Positions 57,803 through 64,000 of a DNA stretch of 64,000 nucleotides are shown here, in pieces. Origin of the DNA: the human T2T-CHM13v2.0 reference genome, Homo sapiens; the NCBI RefSeq assembly GCF_009914755.1, contig NC_060948.1. One strand, written 5' to 3'. A program made the position numbers and the translations under genes. The notes beneath the pieces were generated by a model, which searched no databases, had not been told where the DNA came from, and worked only from the letters and a program-made list of their open reading frames with translations. Numbering within the stretch: position 1 is the first letter of the stretch; every line of letters begins with the position of its first letter.

Positions 57803-59930
57803 AGATCCATATTTTTTAAAAGAAAAAAAATTTCAAAGGTACTCTGCTTGGTACAATAATCAAATGTATAAACTGAGGAATAAAACATAACCATGAAACC
57901 TACTTATAACTGTATACGGAAAATACAGAGGATAATTTTTTAAATAACATATTTTGAAAGCCTTAACTAGTAGTTTGAAGAGTTGGCATTTGAAAGGCCA
58001 GTATGAATATACCTTCAAAGCAGCAACACAGGTTCCCCATGAGAAAAAGCAAATTCAGGGAAAATAAAACCACAAAGGTTCAATCTCTTCTGACCTTTGA
58101 AAGACACAGCACAGACAGTGGTCCTTAGGACGAAGAGCAGGAGACCCCTAATTCCGTCACCATGGCGATAGGGCATAAACATTGCTGGGTGAGGGCACAA
58201 TCCACATTGTGAGGTCCAACTGCTGCCAGGAAGACAGGAGTGCTTTTACATAGACCGAAAGGTCATTGAAGGCTCAGAGTTTTGTTTCAAGAACTGAATC
58301 CCAAGCCCACACGTTATTAGGCTGCGCTTCTTAAAACAAGTTATGAGATGGGAAAAAGGGCACCCACAAACATATGTATACATTATGTATATAATAATAT
58401 ACAGTATCATATATAAAATATGTATAACCTATGTATAATATTGTTATACATCCTGCATCTTATATTATATATATTGTATAAAATATAATAATTGATAATA
58501 TATAAGTTTTATATTTATACAATATGACATATAGTATATATTATAATTTATGACATATATAATATATGTTATATATCATATATAGAATATATTATACGGT
58601 TAATATACGTATTAAATATAAATTATACATTATATATATTATATATAATATATCTGTTATATATAATACCCATTATGCATAATATATATGTTATGTCTAT
58701 GTTATATATAGTATAAAACAACATATAATAATATATAATTGTATATATAAAATGCGACATATAATATATATTATATTTTGTGATATATGTAATATATATT
58801 ATATATTATATATAATACCTTGTATGTATAATACCTATATTAAATATATATTATATGACTATGTTATTAATTACATGTCACATATGTTATATATTATATA
58901 TTTTACATAGAATATACCGGTTACATACAATATATACTGTTACCTATAATGTATAATTGATTACATGTAAAATAAAGAATGCAATATATTGTGTACAATT
59001 TATAATATACAATATGTAGAATGTGATATATATAACATATAATGTATGATATAAGATATACAGTATATGATATATAACATACAATATATGATACCTAATA
59101 TATATGGTATACAATATATATTTTATGATATGTATTCTATATGTTTTATATTCTGTTATATATAACTATTTGAAATTATATATAACTGTATAATATTTTA
59201 TGTAAATATGTAATATAATATATATAACCATATAATATATTATATATAACTATATATTATGTTATATATACTTTTATAACATAATTTACATAAAATATCA
59301 TAATATAATATATATTATATTATTTCATATTACATAATATATATTACATATCACCCAATATAATTAACATACATAATATTATAATATAGATTATATTATG
59401 TTATATTAAATATCATATATATCATGTATCATATATTCTATAATATATATTATACATTATATAATATGTATGTTGTCTATTATGTGATATATATAACTAT
59501 ATATATATAATTATATTATTATACATATAACTAGATAAACATGTAATTCGACATATTTTCATTTATAATATATAGAATTATATAATCATATATAATTATT
59601 TATATTCTATAAAAAATTATATCATTATATAAATTATAATATATAAAAATTATAACATGTACTACAAATATATATATTATATATCATATATGATATAGCA
59701 CCTTTGTTATATATCATAATACATACAAATGTGTATTATGTTATCTATAATTTTAAAATTTCATATATAAGATGTATAATATGTATTATATATTATATAT
59801 GTTATGTAATATATATAGTATATATAAGATGACACAGGATAAATATTATATACTATGACATATAAAATATATGAGGTTATATGTTACGTATAAGGCATAG
59901 CACATAACACGTAATATATATCATATATAA

Positions 59931-60222
<292 letters not shown>

Positions 60223-62352
60223 AGATCCATATTTTTTAAAAGAAAAAAAATTTCAAAGGTACTCTGCTTGGTACAATAATCAAATGTATAAACTGAGGAA
60301 TAAAACATAACCATGAAACCTACTTATAACTGTATACGGAAAATACAGAGGATAATTTTTTAAATAACATATTTTGAAAGCCTTAACTAGTAATTTGAAG
60401 AGTTGGCATTTGAAAGGCCAGTTTGAATATACCTTCAAAGCATCAACACAGGTTCCCCATGAGAAAAAGCAAACTCAGGGAAAATAAAACCACAAAGGTT
60501 CAATCTCTTCTGACCTTTGAAAGACACAGCACAGACAGTGGTCCTTAGGACGAAGAGCAGGAGACCCCTAATTCCGTCACCATGGCGATAGGGCATAAAC
60601 ATTGCTGGGTGAGGGCACAATCCACATTGTGAGGTCCAACTGCTGCCAGGAAGACAGGAGTGCTTTTACATAGACCGAAAGGTCATTGAAGGCTCAGAGT
60701 TTTGTTTCAAGAACTGAATCCCAAGCCCACACGTTATTAGGCTGCGCTTCTTAAAACAAGTTATGAGATGGGAAAAAGGGCACCCACAAACATTCGTATA
60801 CATTATTTATATAATAATATACAGTATCATATATATAATATATATAACCTATGTATAATATTGTTTTACATCCTGCATCTTATAATATATATATTGTATA
60901 AAATATAATAATTGATAATATATAAGTTTTATATTTATACAATATGACATATAGTATATATTATAATTTATGACATATATAATATATGTTATATATCATA
61001 TATAGAATATATTATACGGTTAATATACGTATTAAATATAAATTATACATTGTATATATTATATATTATATATCTGTTATATATAATACCCATTATGCAT
61101 AATATATATGTTATGTCTATGTTATATATAGTATAAAACAACATATAATAATATATAATTGTATATATAAAATGCGACATATAATATATATTATATTTTG
61201 TGACATATGTAATATATATTATATAGTATATATAATACGTTGTATGTATAATACCTATATTAAATATATATTATATGACTATGTTATTAATTACATGTCA
61301 CATATGTTATATATTATATATTTTACATAGAATATACCGGTTACATACAATATATACTATGTTACCTATAATGTATAATTGATTACATGTAAAATAAAGA
61401 ATGCAATATATTGTGTACAATTTATAATATACAATATGTGGAATGTGATATATATAACATATAATGTATGATATAAGATATACAGTATATGATATATAAC
61501 ATACAATATATGATACCTAATATATATGGTATACAATTTATATTTTATGATATGTATTCTATATGTTTTATATTCTGTTATATATAACTATTTGAAATTA
61601 TATATAACTGTATAATATTTTATGTAAATATGTAATATAATATATATAACCATATAATATATTATATATAACTATATATTATGTTATATATACTTTTATA
61701 ACATAATTTACATAAAATATCATAATATAATATATATTATATTATTTCATATTACATAATATATATTACATATCACCCAATATAATTAACATACATAATA
61801 TTATAATATAGATTATATTATGTTATATTAAATATCATATATATCATGTATCATATATTCTATAATATATATTATACATTATATAATATGTATGTTGTCT
61901 ATTATGTGATATATATAACTATATATATATAATTATATTATTATACATATAACTAGATAAACATGTAATTCGACATATTTTCATTTATAATATATAGAAT
62001 TATATAATCATATATAATTATTTATATTCTATAAAAAATTATATCATTATATAAATTATAATATATAAAAATTATAACATGTACTACAAATATATATATT
62101 ATATATCATATATGATATAGCACCTTTGTTATATATCATAATACATACAAATGTGTATTATGTTATCTATAATTTTAAAATTTCATATATAAGATGTATA
62201 ATATGTATTATATATTATATATGTTATGTAATATATATAGTATATATAAGATGACACAGGATAAATATTATATACTATGACATATAAAATATATGAGGTT
62301 ATATGTTACGTATAAGGCATAGCACATAACACGTAATATATATCATATATAA

Positions 62353-62644
<292 letters not shown>

Positions 62645-64000
62645 AGATCCATATTTTTTAAAAGAAAAAAAATTTCAAAGGTACTCTGCTTGGTACAATA
62701 ATCAAATGTATAAACTGAGGAATAAAACATAACCATGAAACCTACTTATAACTGTATACGGAAAATACAGAGGATAATTTTTTAAATAACATATTTTGAA
62801 AGCCTTAACTAGTAATTTGAAGAGTTGGCATTTGAAAGGCCAGTTTGAATATACCTTCAAAGCATCAACACAGGTTCCCCATGAGAAAAAGCAAACTCAG
62901 GGAAAATAAAACCACAAAGGTTCAATCTCTTCTGACCTTTGAAAGACACAGCACAGACAGTGGTCCTTAGGACGAAGAGCAGGAGACCCCTAATTCCGTC
63001 ACCATGGCGATAGGGCATAAACATTGCTGGGTGAGGGCACAATCCACATTGTGAGGTCCAACTGCTGCCAGGAAGACAGGAGTGCTTTTACATAGACCGA
63101 AAGGTCATTGAAGGCTCAGAGTTTTGTTTCAAGAACTGAATCCCAAGCCCACACGTTATTAGGCTGCGCTTCTTAAAACAAGTTATGAGATGGGAAAAAG
63201 GGCACCCACAAACATTCGTATACATTATTTATATAATAATATACAGTATCATATATATAATATATATAACCTATGTATAATATTGTTTTACATCCTGCAT
63301 CTTATAATATATATATTGTATAAAATATAATAATTGATAATATATAAGTTTTATATTTATACAATATGACATATAGTATATATTATAATTTATGACATAT
63401 ATAATATATGTTATATATCATATATAGAATATATTATACGGTTAATATACGTATTAAATATAAATTATACATTGTATATATTATATATTATATATCTGTT
63501 ATATATAATACCCATTATGCATAATATATATGTTATGTCTATGTTATATATAGTATAAAACAACATATAATAATATATAATTGTATATATAAAATGCGAC
63601 ATATAATATATATTATATTTTGTGACATATGTAATATATATTATATAGTATATATAATACGTTGTATGTATAATACCTATATTAAATATATATTATATGA
63701 CTATGTTATTAATTACATGTCACATATGTTATATATTATATATTTTACATAGAATATACCGGTTACATACAATATATACTATGTTACCTATAATGTATAA
63801 TTGATTACATGTAAAATAAAGAATGCAATATATTGTGTACAATTTATAATATACAATATGTGGAATGTGATATATATAACATATAATGTATGATATAAGA
63901 TATACAGTATATGATATATAACATACAATATATGATACCTAATATATATGGTATACAATTTATATTTTATGATATGTATTCTATATGTTTTATATTCTGT

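Overview
The entire 64 kb is one head-to-tail satellite array of about 26.4 copies of a ~2,420-bp composite unit. Each unit has a ~1.55-kb AT-rich low-complexity block, a ~292-bp diverged minus-strand Alu and a ~570-bp moderately GC block. Unit length, tripartite layout and the predicted 2,146-bp HaeIII fragment match human DYZ2/HSat1B, most likely from Yq12 heterochromatin, although related HSat1B on the acrocentrics cannot be excluded by eye. There are no credible protein-coding or RNA genes; all listed ORFs are chance frames repeated with the unit. The interesting structure is in the variants between copies: a 53,234-bp (22-unit) higher-order duplication, a nested 4,842-bp two-unit duplication with a mappable breakpoint, two unit subfamilies differing at CpG sites, and mosaic haplotypes. 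I see no evidence of a new gene system. All comparisons were made by eye and from ORF coordinate spacing.
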